Shown here piece after piece: positions 42,251 to 51,286 of a stretch of DNA of 64,000 nt. Location of the stretch: assembly GCA_963662585.1 (NCBI GenBank), contig OY759729.1, positions 2,272,001 to 2,336,000 of the forward strand, given 5' to 3'. The position numbers and the translations under genes were made by a program. The first letter of the stretch is position 1. The number at the start of each line of letters is the position of its first letter. The notes beneath the pieces were generated by a model, which saw nothing but the letters and a program-made list of their open reading frames with translations, made no database searches and was not told the DNA's origin. The stretch is from Candidatus Cloacimonadales bacterium. GTDB lineage: Bacteria > Cloacimonadota > Cloacimonadia > Cloacimonadales > JAFGVF01.

Positions 42251-42537
42251 TCATAAAGAAAAGATAGAATAATATGAGGGTAATCCATTGTGATTGCCCT
42301 TTTCTTTATTCAAACTCAAAGCATCTTTCTTTGGTCTCTGCCTGCACCTTCTCATTCATCACAATTATTATTTGAAATTTCCTCCAGACAAGAGTTAGGG
42401 AGCAAGTGAAGAGCAGTTTAGAAGGCATTAATGCTAGCAAGTAATTAAGGGAATTATGATGCTTTAAAGCTATAATATAGGTAAGATATTATTTTCTCTT
42501 GACTCTTTTTAAGTAGATTAAATAACTTACTTTATTG

Positions 42538-42586
42538 AGGTGATGGAGTTCACCTAAAGCGCCATAATTATGGCTGATGACTCCTA
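42538..42586 (+). promoter_or_regulatory. Fluoride (crcB) riboswitch aptamer
   Basis: GGTGATGGAGTTCACC...GCCATAATTATGGCTGATGACTCCTA matches the consensus GGCGATGGAGTTCGCC...GCTGATGACTCCTA, including the GGAGT/ACTCC pseudoknot. Confidence 0.92.
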
Positions 42587-42622
42587 AACGAAGAAGTGAC
42601 ACTTCGTTTAGGAGTATTTTAT
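42580..42622 (+). terminator. Riboswitch expression-platform terminator
   Basis: Perfect 14 bp stem ACTCCTAAACGAAG/CTTCGTTTAGGAGT overlapping the aptamer 3' strand, followed by ATTTT. Confidence 0.8.
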
Positions 42623-42637
42623 TGCTGGAGTAAAATA

Positions 42638-43819
42638 ATGGATTTAAATATATTTATTGTGATAATGTTGTTAGGTGGTTGGTTTATGGGGAAACTCTTT
42701 ACCAGACTAAAATTACCATCTGTATTAGGAATGCTCTTTTGGGGTATCATTTTCGCTTATTTTTATAAAGCCCATATACCGACTGTTATTGGAGACTCAG
42801 AGCCATTCCTGAAGTCTTTTGCCTTAATTGTTATTTTATTAAGAGCAGGCTTGGGGATTAGTAAGGTAACCTTGAAGAAAGTTGGTATCACAGCCCTGTT
42901 AATGAGTTTCATTCCTTGCATATTAGAAGGAATTACCCTGTTATTTCTTCTTCATTATTTCTTCGACTTCTCTTATGTTACTTCGGGTTTAACAGCCTTT
43001 ATGATTTCAGCAGTTTCCCCTGCAGTGATAGTTCCTTCTATGTTAGATATTAAGGCTAAAGGAATAGGAGAAACCAAAGAAGTTCCTACAATCGTTCTAG
43101 CAGGAGCTTCCATAGATGATGTATTTGCTATCACATTTTTCTCTATCTTTCTTACTTTGAGTAGTCAAGGAAATATAGAAATAGGTAAAATTCTCTTATC
43201 AATTCCTGTATCATTATTGCTAGGAATCCTCCCAGGTATTGTGGTGGGATATTTTCTAATCTTTTATTTTAAGAAGAGAATCAAACATATTAAGAGTACG
43301 GAACAGACCTTAATCCTTCTAACTATATCTATGTTGTTAGTGAAAGTGGGTGATATTTTCCATAGTGCAGCCCTTCTGGGAATAATGACTGTTGGATTTA
43401 TAATCTTAGAAAAAGCTAATGAAATAGCCCATGATTTAGCCCAAAAATTAGCTGGAATCTGGATTTTTGCCGAGATTATCTTATTTGTACTTATTGGACT
43501 TTCAGTTGATCTCGATGTAGCATATAGTTCAGGATTGAAAGGTCTTCTAGTGATTAGTCTTGGTTTACTAGCAAGGTCAATAGGGGTATGGCTGGCAACA
43601 GCCTTCTCAAATCTAAATAAGAAAGAAAGATTATTCTGTATCTTTGCCTATCTTCCCAAAGCAACAGTTCAAGCAGCTTTAGGAAGTGTTGCCTTGAAGA
43701 TGGGCATAGCTGAAGGAGAAACTATTTTAGCACTTGCTGTATTAGCTATTGTTTTTACTGCCCCCTTAGGGTTAATCCTTATTAAAGTGTTCACTCCAAG
43801 ATTATTATCTCATGATTAA
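42638..43819 (+). CDS. Cation:proton antiporter (CPA, NHA/SLC9B-like)
   Basis: ILLRAGL, AVSPAVIVP, GASIDD, LPKATVQAA motifs; many TM segments. Confidence 0.88.
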   Translation: MDLNIFIVIMLLGGWFMGKLFTRLKLPSVLGMLFWGIIFAYFYKAHIPTVIGDSEPFLKSFALIVILLRAGLGISKVTLKKVGITALLMSFIPCILEGITLLFLLHYFFDFSYVTSGLTAFMISAVSPAVIVPSMLDIKAKGIGETKEVPTIVLAGASIDDVFAITFFSIFLTLSSQGNIEIGKILLSIPVSLLLGILPGIVVGYFLIFYFKKRIKHIKSTEQTLILLTISMLLVKVGDIFHSAALLGIMTVGFIILEKANEIAHDLAQKLAGIWIFAEIILFVLIGLSVDLDVAYSSGLKGLLVISLGLLARSIGVWLATAFSNLNKKERLFCIFAYLPKATVQAALGSVALKMGIAEGETILALAVLAIVFTAPLGLILIKVFTPRLLSHD

Positions 43820-43874
43820 TTTGTTTTTATCAGTTAATGGAATAATATTTTAGAAAGATGAAAGGAGAATAATA

Positions 43875-44342
43875 ATGATTTTAACAGAATTTGATAAAGC
43901 CCATGTTGTAAGTAATAAAAATAAGAGAATAGCTTTGGCTATTGTAGAGTTGCCTGATGGTAGCCCTAATGTAATTACCTTAGAGTGGTTTATGAAAACA
44001 TCCATCAAGCCTGCCATGTTTGCTATCTCTGTTGGACACGAAAGATTCTCTCATCATGCTTTGCAAGAGAACAGATATTTTAACTTAGTTATTCCTTCCT
44101 CAGAGATGAGAGAAGATGTTATCTATTTCGGAACAAAATCAGGTAAGAATTTTGATAAACTTACAGAGAGAAATGTAAAGTCTATTCCCGGTAAATATAA
44201 GAAGTTACCTATCTTGCAAGACGCTGTGGCTAACTTTGAATGCAAAATAATAACCCAGGTAAATTCTGGAGACCATACGATTTTTGTTGGTGAAGTAAAA
44301 TATTCTTGGTTGGATGAGAGTAAAGAAATACTTAAGTTGTAA
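43875..44342 (+). CDS. Flavin reductase family protein
   Basis: FGTKSG...DKL, ECK...GDHTIFVGEV. Confidence 0.88.
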   Translation: MILTEFDKAHVVSNKNKRIALAIVELPDGSPNVITLEWFMKTSIKPAMFAISVGHERFSHHALQENRYFNLVIPSSEMREDVIYFGTKSGKNFDKLTERNVKSIPGKYKKLPILQDAVANFECKIITQVNSGDHTIFVGEVKYSWLDESKEILKL

Positions 44343-44355
44343 GATGAGAAGAAAT

Positions 44356-44414
44356 AGATTTTGAAGTTTCTTGATTTACTATTAGATTTAGTTCCCACTC
44401 TACTTGAGAGAGAA
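44356..44414 (-). repeat. Dispersed repeat family A, copy 4 (core only)
   Basis: Reverse complement of the family core. Confidence 0.85.
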
Positions 44415-44441
44415 CAGAAGTTTTTTAGAGATATTTTGGTA

Positions 44442-44473
44442 TAAAAAAAAAGAGGTTCGCAAGAACCTCTTTT
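44442..44473. terminator. Bidirectional terminator
   Basis: A run, AGAGGTTC-GCAA-GAACCTCT, T run. Confidence 0.85.
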
Positions 44474-44496
44474 AATATTTTATCAGACTTAAGTAA

Positions 44497-45660
44497 TTAG
44501 TTACTCAATTCTTTATATTTCTTTGCATAGTATTGATACTTGTTAGTATCTTTTAATTTCTGAGCTGCGAAAGCTGCTAATTGAGCGGCTGACTTACTCT
44601 TTTTATCAACAACAAACCATTTCTCTGAATAAGTTAATAGATCATCAAACATCTCTTGTTTGTACAAGAAATTACAAAATGCCATTAGGTTTCCAGGAGA
44701 AGCTTCAAGTTCAATTAAAGCTTTGCTATAGGTATAATACGCATCATCATTAGTTAATTTTGCTGCATAATACATAAGATCTTTGTAGATATCTACATTT
44801 TCAGGGATTAAACTATTAGCAACTTCCATTTTGTCATAGGCAGCTTGGAAATCTTCTGTTTGCTCCATAGTTGCAGCATACAAATTATAGTGCTCATAGT
44901 TATAAGGATCTTGCTGGGTAAGTGTATCGAATTGTTCAGCAGCTTCTTCATAGCGTTTTAAAGCAAATAATTGTTTAGCATACTGAGTTCTGTAATCGAT
45001 ATTAGTTGGTTCAATTCTTACCCATTGAGAGAACATATAGAGCATTTCATTGTCTATTTTGCCGATGGCTAATTCATCAGGAACTTCAGCTTTGCGAAGT
45101 TCTAATTTCTCATTGTTTAAAATCAAGGTTAAGAATCTATAAGGTTCGATATTATCTGGATCTAATTCAATAAGCTTATAATACTTAGCCTTAATTTCGT
45201 CAAGATCTCCAGTACCATCATTAGTTAAAGTTTCATATTCTTTATTAGCTAAAAGAAGGACACGAGCGTTTATAGATTCAATTTTTTTACGAGTATCTTT
45301 GTACCATCTTCTCTCTTCTCTACTCATATCGTCGCGTTCTACATCTTTTAACTCATTAAAAACAATTTGATACTTATTATAGGCATCTAAGTAGCTTTCA
45401 TAAGCAATTCTATCATTATTTTCAGCATCAAAAAATTTGATATCAGCTAATTTTTTATTTGCTTCTAAATGATCAGGATATTCTGCTATAACTTCTTCAA
45501 AAAAGCCTTGTGCTCTCTCTAAAAGTTGTTGAGCAAAATAAATATTTCCATTTCTGAGAGCTCTTTTAGATTTTGGACTTAAGGAGTCTCCGTTATTAAA
45601 CACTGAACAACCAGTTAACAAAGTCGCAATTGCAATTAATACTAAAAAGTATTTCTTCAT
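44497..45660 (-). CDS. TPR-repeat lipoprotein
   Basis: Lipobox LTGC; helical repeats with DP.N turns. Confidence 0.75.
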   Translation of the reverse strand: MKKYFLVLIAIATLLTGCSVFNNGDSLSPKSKRALRNGNIYFAQQLLERAQGFFEEVIAEYPDHLEANKKLADIKFFDAENNDRIAYESYLDAYNKYQIVFNELKDVERDDMSREERRWYKDTRKKIESINARVLLLANKEYETLTNDGTGDLDEIKAKYYKLIELDPDNIEPYRFLTLILNNEKLELRKAEVPDELAIGKIDNEMLYMFSQWVRIEPTNIDYRTQYAKQLFALKRYEEAAEQFDTLTQQDPYNYEHYNLYAATMEQTEDFQAAYDKMEVANSLIPENVDIYKDLMYYAAKLTNDDAYYTYSKALIELEASPGNLMAFCNFLYKQEMFDDLLTYSEKWFVVDKKSKSAAQLAAFAAQKLKDTNKYQYYAKKYKELSN

Positions 45661-45902
45661 GTAAATCCTCCACGATTACACTTTATTATTTAATAAAATA
45701 TTAAGTTATTTCTTATTGATAATTACAGTTTATAAAATTCAATCTAACACTTTTTTATCAAAAATCACAATTTGTTAAATAAAGTCAAGAACTAAAATTA
45801 AAAGTATCTTCTTGCCAATTTAATTACCTTGATTTTAGTTGTTATAAGATTGGTCCAATATGACTGCTTAAACCTTTATAATAAAAGACTTAGGAGATAA
45901 TT

Positions 45903-46322
45903 ATGATTCTTGTTTCTGATAAAATTAATCAAAATATTTTTTCTCAAATAATTAAGATATGGGAATTAACAGGTGTAGGAAACCCTGCAAGGGGAGATAA
46001 TTTAACTAATATTAAGAAAACCCTTCTTAATGGTGGAAAAATCTTTACACTTTATTATAATGATATTCTAATAGGTACTTGTTGGATTACTCATGATTTT
46101 AGGAGAAGTTACATCCACCACATGGCGATTCATCCTGATTATCAAAATAAGGGCTATGGAAAATTGCTAATGGATAAGGCTCTTACTTATTGTGAGGAGT
46201 TAGGACTTCAGGCAAAATTAGAGGTACATAAAGATAATCCTATTGCTCAACAATTATATCAGAATTTTGGGTTTAAACTTCTTGACGGTTATGAAGTCTA
46301 CATTAAAAGGGATATCAAATAA
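45903..46322 (+). CDS. GNAT family N-acetyltransferase
   Basis: IHPDYQNKGYGKLL, LYQNFGF. Confidence 0.9.
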   Translation: MILVSDKINQNIFSQIIKIWELTGVGNPARGDNLTNIKKTLLNGGKIFTLYYNDILIGTCWITHDFRRSYIHHMAIHPDYQNKGYGKLLMDKALTYCEELGLQAKLEVHKDNPIAQQLYQNFGFKLLDGYEVYIKRDIK

Positions 46323-46345
46323 TAATTAATATCGAGGAAAATCTT

Positions 46346-47440
46346 ATGAACTTTTATTTACCAAGCAATATCTTTTATGGAAAAGATGCTTTTGTCCAAG
46401 CTTCTAGTCAGATGAAATCCCTTGGAAGTAAAGCCCTAATTGTTACAGGAAGAAGCTCAGCTCAAAAAAGTGGTGCTTTAGAAGTTACCCTTAATGGCTT
46501 AAAAAAAGAGAATATCGACTATATTATCTATGCTGAGATTGAAGAGAATCCAACTTTAAAGAGTGTAGAAAAAGGGGCAAAAATATGCCAAGAGGAAAAA
46601 TGTGATTTCATTATCGGAATTGGAGGTGGTTCTCCTATTGATGCTGCCAAAGGAATTGCTGTTGTGGTAGCTTCAAATCTCCAGATTGAAGATATTTATA
46701 ATCCTGCAAAATTTACTCATGCCCTTCCTTTAATAGCAATTCCTATTACTTCTGGCACCGGAACAGAAGCAACTCAGTATAGTGTCCTTACTGATACTGA
46801 GAATAAGAAAAAAGCAGGATTTGGTTCAGCTTTAGTCTTTCCCAAAATATCAATTCTAAATCCCGAATTCACTTATTCTTTACCTAAAAGTGTGACTATC
46901 AACACTGCAATAGATGCTTTAAGTCATCTTCTCGAAGGCCTCTTCTCCAAGAATAGAAATTCTTTAACCTACCCATTCATTTTTAAGGGTATAAAACTTA
47001 TACTTGATAACTTAGAAAAGGCTGTGGAAAGTCCTGATAATTATTCTTATCGTGATGCCCTTATGCAAGCTTCTCTCTATGGTGGAATCGTGATAGCTCA
47101 TAGTGGTACTACTCTTCAACACTCAATCGGTTATCCTCTAACTACAAAATTTGGTACTCCTCACGGAATGGCTAACGGCATAGTAATGGAAGAGATTATG
47201 AAAATCTACTATCCAGCTATTAAATCTGAGTTAGATGAACTTTTAGAATATCTTGGAATGAGTCTTGAAGATTTCTTCACTTGGTTAAAGAAGTTTGATT
47301 TAAATCTAAATGAAAAATTAGATGAAGAATTGATTGATTATATGACAGATAAAGTTATGGCAACCAGAAATATGGCTCTTAATCCAATCTCTGTATCAAG
47401 AGAAGATGTGAAAGAACTCTATAGAAAGATTAGTCAATAA
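46346..47440 (+). CDS. Iron-containing alcohol dehydrogenase
   Basis: GGGSPIDAAK, TSGTGTEAT, DALSH, HGMAN. Confidence 0.9.
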   Translation: MNFYLPSNIFYGKDAFVQASSQMKSLGSKALIVTGRSSAQKSGALEVTLNGLKKENIDYIIYAEIEENPTLKSVEKGAKICQEEKCDFIIGIGGGSPIDAAKGIAVVVASNLQIEDIYNPAKFTHALPLIAIPITSGTGTEATQYSVLTDTENKKKAGFGSALVFPKISILNPEFTYSLPKSVTINTAIDALSHLLEGLFSKNRNSLTYPFIFKGIKLILDNLEKAVESPDNYSYRDALMQASLYGGIVIAHSGTTLQHSIGYPLTTKFGTPHGMANGIVMEEIMKIYYPAIKSELDELLEYLGMSLEDFFTWLKKFDLNLNEKLDEELIDYMTDKVMATRNMALNPISVSREDVKELYRKISQ

Positions 47441-47455
47441 CATAAGGAAATAATA

Positions 47456-49372
47456 GTGTCTGAAATCGAATTATTAGCACCAGCGGGTAGTGAAGAGTCG
47501 CTTATTGCCGCTATAGAAGCCGGATCTAATGCTGTCTATCTAGGATTAGATGGTTTTAATGCCAGAAGTAGAGCAAAGAACTTTAAAGTTGAAGAGTTAT
47601 CTGATATAATATCTTATTGTCATAAGAGAAAAGTAAAAGTATTTGTTACTTTAAATACCCTGATTAAAAACAATGAACTTACCAATCTAATTAAGCTTTT
47701 GTTTCAGATAGTATTTTGCCAACCAGATGGAATAATAATTCAGGATTTCTCACTTTTATATTTGTTGCAGAAATTAGATTATAAACATATTCATTTTTCG
47801 ACCCAAGCAGGTATTCATAACTCTCTTGGAGTAAGTTTTGCCCAAAAGAGTGGGGTAGAGAGGTCAATTCTTGCTAGAGAATTAACCTTAGAAGAGATTA
47901 CTAAGGCTTCTCAAGCTGGGGAAACAGAAATCTTTATTCACGGAGCATTATGCTATTCTCTATCTGGAAGTTGTCTCTTCTCAAGCTATCTTGGGGGAAT
48001 GAGTGCTAATCGCGGAAAATGCAAGCAACCTTGTCGGAGAGCCTTTAACTTAACTAAAAGAAAAAAAGAACATCTCTTTAGTTTGAAAGATTTAGAGTTA
48101 ATAAACTTTTTGCCTCAGCTTCAAGAAGCAGAAGTAAAATCTTTAAAGATTGAGGGAAGAATGAAAAGGGCGGAGTATGTTAGCCAAGTTGTGAAAGCTT
48201 ATCGCATGGCTCTTGATAAGCCTTCACAACTTGAAGAAGCTAAAAGTAGCTTGGAAAATGATTTTGGAAGAAGCAAAACGGCTTATTTTACTGGAGGAAA
48301 GCTAGTAGATTCAATAACTAATCAACCTTTTGCCGGTATTTATCTTGGGGAAGCAAAACTTCGAGGGAATAAGTTAACCTTTAAAGATACTACTAATTGC
48401 CTTCTTGGCGATAAAGTGAAACTCTATCTAGGAGAAGAAGATTCTGAAACATATTCAGTTACTGAGATTATTTCTCAAACAGAAATAACAATTTCGATAT
48501 CTCTTCCTAATGCTGAAAAAGTCTTTGTTTATAAAGTTAGTGGACAAGATGAAAGAAGTTTCAATCACTCCTTTAAAAAACAATACCTCCCTAATATCTC
48601 AAAATCTAAAATTAAAGAACTAACGACACTAGATCTTTCCCAAAACAATAAAAATAAGAAAGGAACATTATATCTACGACTTGCCCATATCCAAGATATA
48701 GAGTTTATTCCTAAAAGCAGTTTTCAACAGATATATCTAATTCCGCTAGCTGAATTTAACAAGAGTAATTCAAGACAACAAAATAATATCTATTGGGAAT
48801 TACCGCTTTTTATTGCTGAAGCTGATTTGCTAAAAACTAGGGAACTGCTTACTACAATTTCTCAGAAAGGATATAAAAACTTTGCAATTAGTCATATCTC
48901 TCAATTAATGCTACTAGCTAATAATGCTAATATTCTAACAAATGAATATATTTATTCTCTTAATGACTTAGCTATTCAACAGCTAAAAAAGTGGGGAATA
49001 GAATCTTATATTCTTCCTACAGAGAATGACATTCCTAACTTAAATCACTATAACTTTAAAGATGGAATAGTTCCCATATTCTTTACTCCGGCTCTCTTTT
49101 CATCCAGAATGCCAGTAAAAGAAAATTCAATTAAAGATAACAAAAATAATTACTTAGTTGTCAGAAAAGGGAAATTAACTCTTACTTATCCTACTAATCC
49201 AGTCTGTATCTTTAGCTTTATGAATAAATTAAAAGACTATAATAACTTTCTTATTGATTTAAGTACCCCTAATATTTCTCCTGCTGATTTTACTGATATA
49301 TTTACTTATTTCTCAAAAGGTGTAAATACTCCTAATAGCTCTAAATTTAACTATAAGAAAGGTTTGTGGTAG
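47456..49372 (+). CDS. Peptidase U32 family protein (probable RNA hydroxylase, RlhA/TrhP-like)
   Basis: ELLAPAG, HGALC...SG.C, NRGKCKQPCR, LKIEGR. Confidence 0.88.
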   Translation: MSEIELLAPAGSEESLIAAIEAGSNAVYLGLDGFNARSRAKNFKVEELSDIISYCHKRKVKVFVTLNTLIKNNELTNLIKLLFQIVFCQPDGIIIQDFSLLYLLQKLDYKHIHFSTQAGIHNSLGVSFAQKSGVERSILARELTLEEITKASQAGETEIFIHGALCYSLSGSCLFSSYLGGMSANRGKCKQPCRRAFNLTKRKKEHLFSLKDLELINFLPQLQEAEVKSLKIEGRMKRAEYVSQVVKAYRMALDKPSQLEEAKSSLENDFGRSKTAYFTGGKLVDSITNQPFAGIYLGEAKLRGNKLTFKDTTNCLLGDKVKLYLGEEDSETYSVTEIISQTEITISISLPNAEKVFVYKVSGQDERSFNHSFKKQYLPNISKSKIKELTTLDLSQNNKNKKGTLYLRLAHIQDIEFIPKSSFQQIYLIPLAEFNKSNSRQQNNIYWELPLFIAEADLLKTRELLTTISQKGYKNFAISHISQLMLLANNANILTNEYIYSLNDLAIQQLKKWGIESYILPTENDIPNLNHYNFKDGIVPIFFTPALFSSRMPVKENSIKDNKNNYLVVRKGKLTLTYPTNPVCIFSFMNKLKDYNNFLIDLSTPNISPADFTDIFTYFSKGVNTPNSSKFNYKKGLW

Positions 49373-49700
49373 GAAGTTTCCTCTTGAAGATAATTTTGAG
49401 ATTAATATAGATAGATTTTAACCATAAATAAAGAAGAATAGGGAAGACTATGATTATCCTCTTATTGAAATCATAAGCTTGCCTAAAATCAAGATTAAGA
49501 ATTGAGATTATTGCTCGAGAAGTTCCACAACCCCAGCAATCTCTTCCTGTCATGTTTTTATAAATACATACCGTCGGAGCTTTTTCTAGATTTTTGAGCG
49601 TTATTCTTCTTAACACAAAGGGTAGTAACAATAAAATTATAATAAGAAGTATTGCTTTGAGTTTGCTAAAATTTGCGAACCAATTCTCTACCATTACCAT
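49347..49700 (-). CDS. DUF2752 family membrane protein
   Basis: CIYKNMTGRDCWGCGTSRA motif; start uncertain. Confidence 0.8.
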   Translation of the reverse strand: MVMVENWFANFSKLKAILLIIILLLLPFVLRRITLKNLEKAPTVCIYKNMTGRDCWGCGTSRAIISILNLDFRQAYDFNKRIIIVFPILLYLWLKSIYINLKIIFKRKLPTTNLSYS

Positions 49701-50073
49701 CTCTATAGCTGTTAGTTACTATCAAAATAATATCTATTATAATCCAAATTCCACAACCACCTGCTGTAAGAAGTTGTAAAATTCCTATTCCAATTTGCTT
49801 AGTGTAGAATCTATGAACACCAAATGCTCCAAGAAAAACACATAATAGAAGTGTTATTAACCAGTCACAGGAATCATCGTTAGATATATAACTTAAAGTT
49901 ATTATCTCTTCCGCTCTATCGGTATCATTAACTACGAAATCTACGGATATACCATTAACAGGTGCTCTAGAATCTTTCCAATTTTCAATAACAAAATAGT
50001 AACGACTACCGTTTTCTCCAGCTATTATACCAGTTTTGGTAGACCAATCATAATGAACTACTTTTCCTCGCAT
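49666..50073 (-). CDS. TM2-domain protein with N-terminal cold-shock-like domain
   Basis: LGAFGVHRFY...GGCGIWIIID; N-terminal GKV...GII...RYYF. Confidence 0.85.
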   Translation of the reverse strand: MRGKVVHYDWSTKTGIIAGENGSRYYFVIENWKDSRAPVNGISVDFVVNDTDRAEEIITLSYISNDDSCDWLITLLLCVFLGAFGVHRFYTKQIGIGILQLLTAGGCGIWIIIDIILIVTNSYRDGNGRELVRKF

Positions 50074-50155
50074 TTGAAACTCCTAAAGTCTTTTTTTTAT
50101 TATGTTAAAACTTAAGATCTTGTCAAGTAATGATTCTGTTAAGATGCTAACAATC

Positions 50156-50929
50156 CTACTTTTTCTCACTCTTAGCAACAGCTTCCATTAAATGAAGTCC
50201 ATTCTCATTCATAAAGTATAGTTTATTACCAACTATCTCATACTTTTTGGTCTCGCGTAAAATTCTAAAAAATCTATTTTCCATATCTATGTTAGGTCCA
50301 GCCATTTTAGTAGAAATTATTGGGGTAAAAGTTATCTCATTATCCACTAAATGGTAAGAAGCTCTGAAGAAATTGCATCCACCAAAACCATATACTCTAT
50401 TCTCCTTGCTATCGAAATAGATATTTATATGATCATTATCACCTTGAGGAAGAATATTGATAAAACTATCCGAAATCTTTTTAATTACCCACTCTTTTTC
50501 CATCAATATTCCAGGTATTTTTGTTAAGACATAATTCTCTCTCTCATTTTCCTTAACTTCGACTCCTTGAATATTCTGCCATACCAGTCTCTTCTCTTGA
50601 ACTAAGAGACTTGAATTAGTACTTTCATAATCGCTCTCTAAAGTAATACTATTTCCATCTGCTGACCATATAAATCTTCCTGAAATAGTCGTTAACTTCT
50701 TTTCCTCACCTAATCTCTTAGTTCTTTTGATAAAAGTTAAATCTTCTCTGAGTTCAAGATCAGTGTAGAGCTCTTGATTAGCATTTTGAGGAATAACCCC
50801 TTGATAATAACCTGACCAATCCAAAGCATCTCTACTGTTATTAGGGTCAAGCTTGATTTCTTTTTCACATGCCAGTATAAATAGTCCTATGATTAACACT
50901 AACAAAAATTTAAATATATTCTTTTTCAT
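50156..50929 (-). CDS. Lipoprotein with NlpE N-terminal and META domains
   Basis: Lipobox ILAC, NSRDALDWSGYYQGVIP, GFGGCNFF...STKMA. Confidence 0.85.
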   Translation of the reverse strand: MKKNIFKFLLVLIIGLFILACEKEIKLDPNNSRDALDWSGYYQGVIPQNANQELYTDLELREDLTFIKRTKRLGEEKKLTTISGRFIWSADGNSITLESDYESTNSSLLVQEKRLVWQNIQGVEVKENERENYVLTKIPGILMEKEWVIKKISDSFINILPQGDNDHINIYFDSKENRVYGFGGCNFFRASYHLVDNEITFTPIISTKMAGPNIDMENRFFRILRETKKYEIVGNKLYFMNENGLHLMEAVAKSEKK

Positions 50930-51176
50930 AATTTCCACCTTTAAAAATATTTTCTTATGTTAATAATAATTATAGATAGAAATTTGTCAAACAGATTTAA
51001 AAAATTAGAATAAATTCTCTATAAGAACTAAAAAATATGAGTAAAATAAATTGCCAGCAGATTGATAATTACAAGATCGCTCATGAATTTATTAATAAAA
51101 TTAGAATTTTTCTCTTGACATATTTTGTCCTTTTTACAATTTGACAAAACAAATTTGTTAAAGATATTAATATATA

Positions 51177-51253
51177 GGACCTATAGCTCAGTTTGGTAGA
51201 GCTTCCGGCTCATAACCGGACGGTCGGGGGTTCGACTCCCTCTGGGTCCACCA
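51177..51253 (+). tRNA. tRNA with CAT anticodon, most likely tRNA-Ile2 (lysidine)
   Basis: GGACCT acceptor and CGGCTCATAACCG arm resemble Firmicute Ile2. G1-C72 pair and no 3GC stem argue against initiator Met. Confidence 0.9.
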
Positions 51254-51257
51254 ATTT

Positions 51258-51286
51258 AAAAACAGCCTGTTTGCAGGCTGTTTTTT
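51258..51286 (+). terminator. Terminator of the tRNA; intron target site
   Basis: AAAAACAGCCTG-TTTG-CAGGCTGTTTTTT. Confidence 0.9.

Noticed and set aside
51230..51253. tRNA 3'-end duplication as island att site
   Set aside because: No second copy seen in the window; it could lie beyond 64000.
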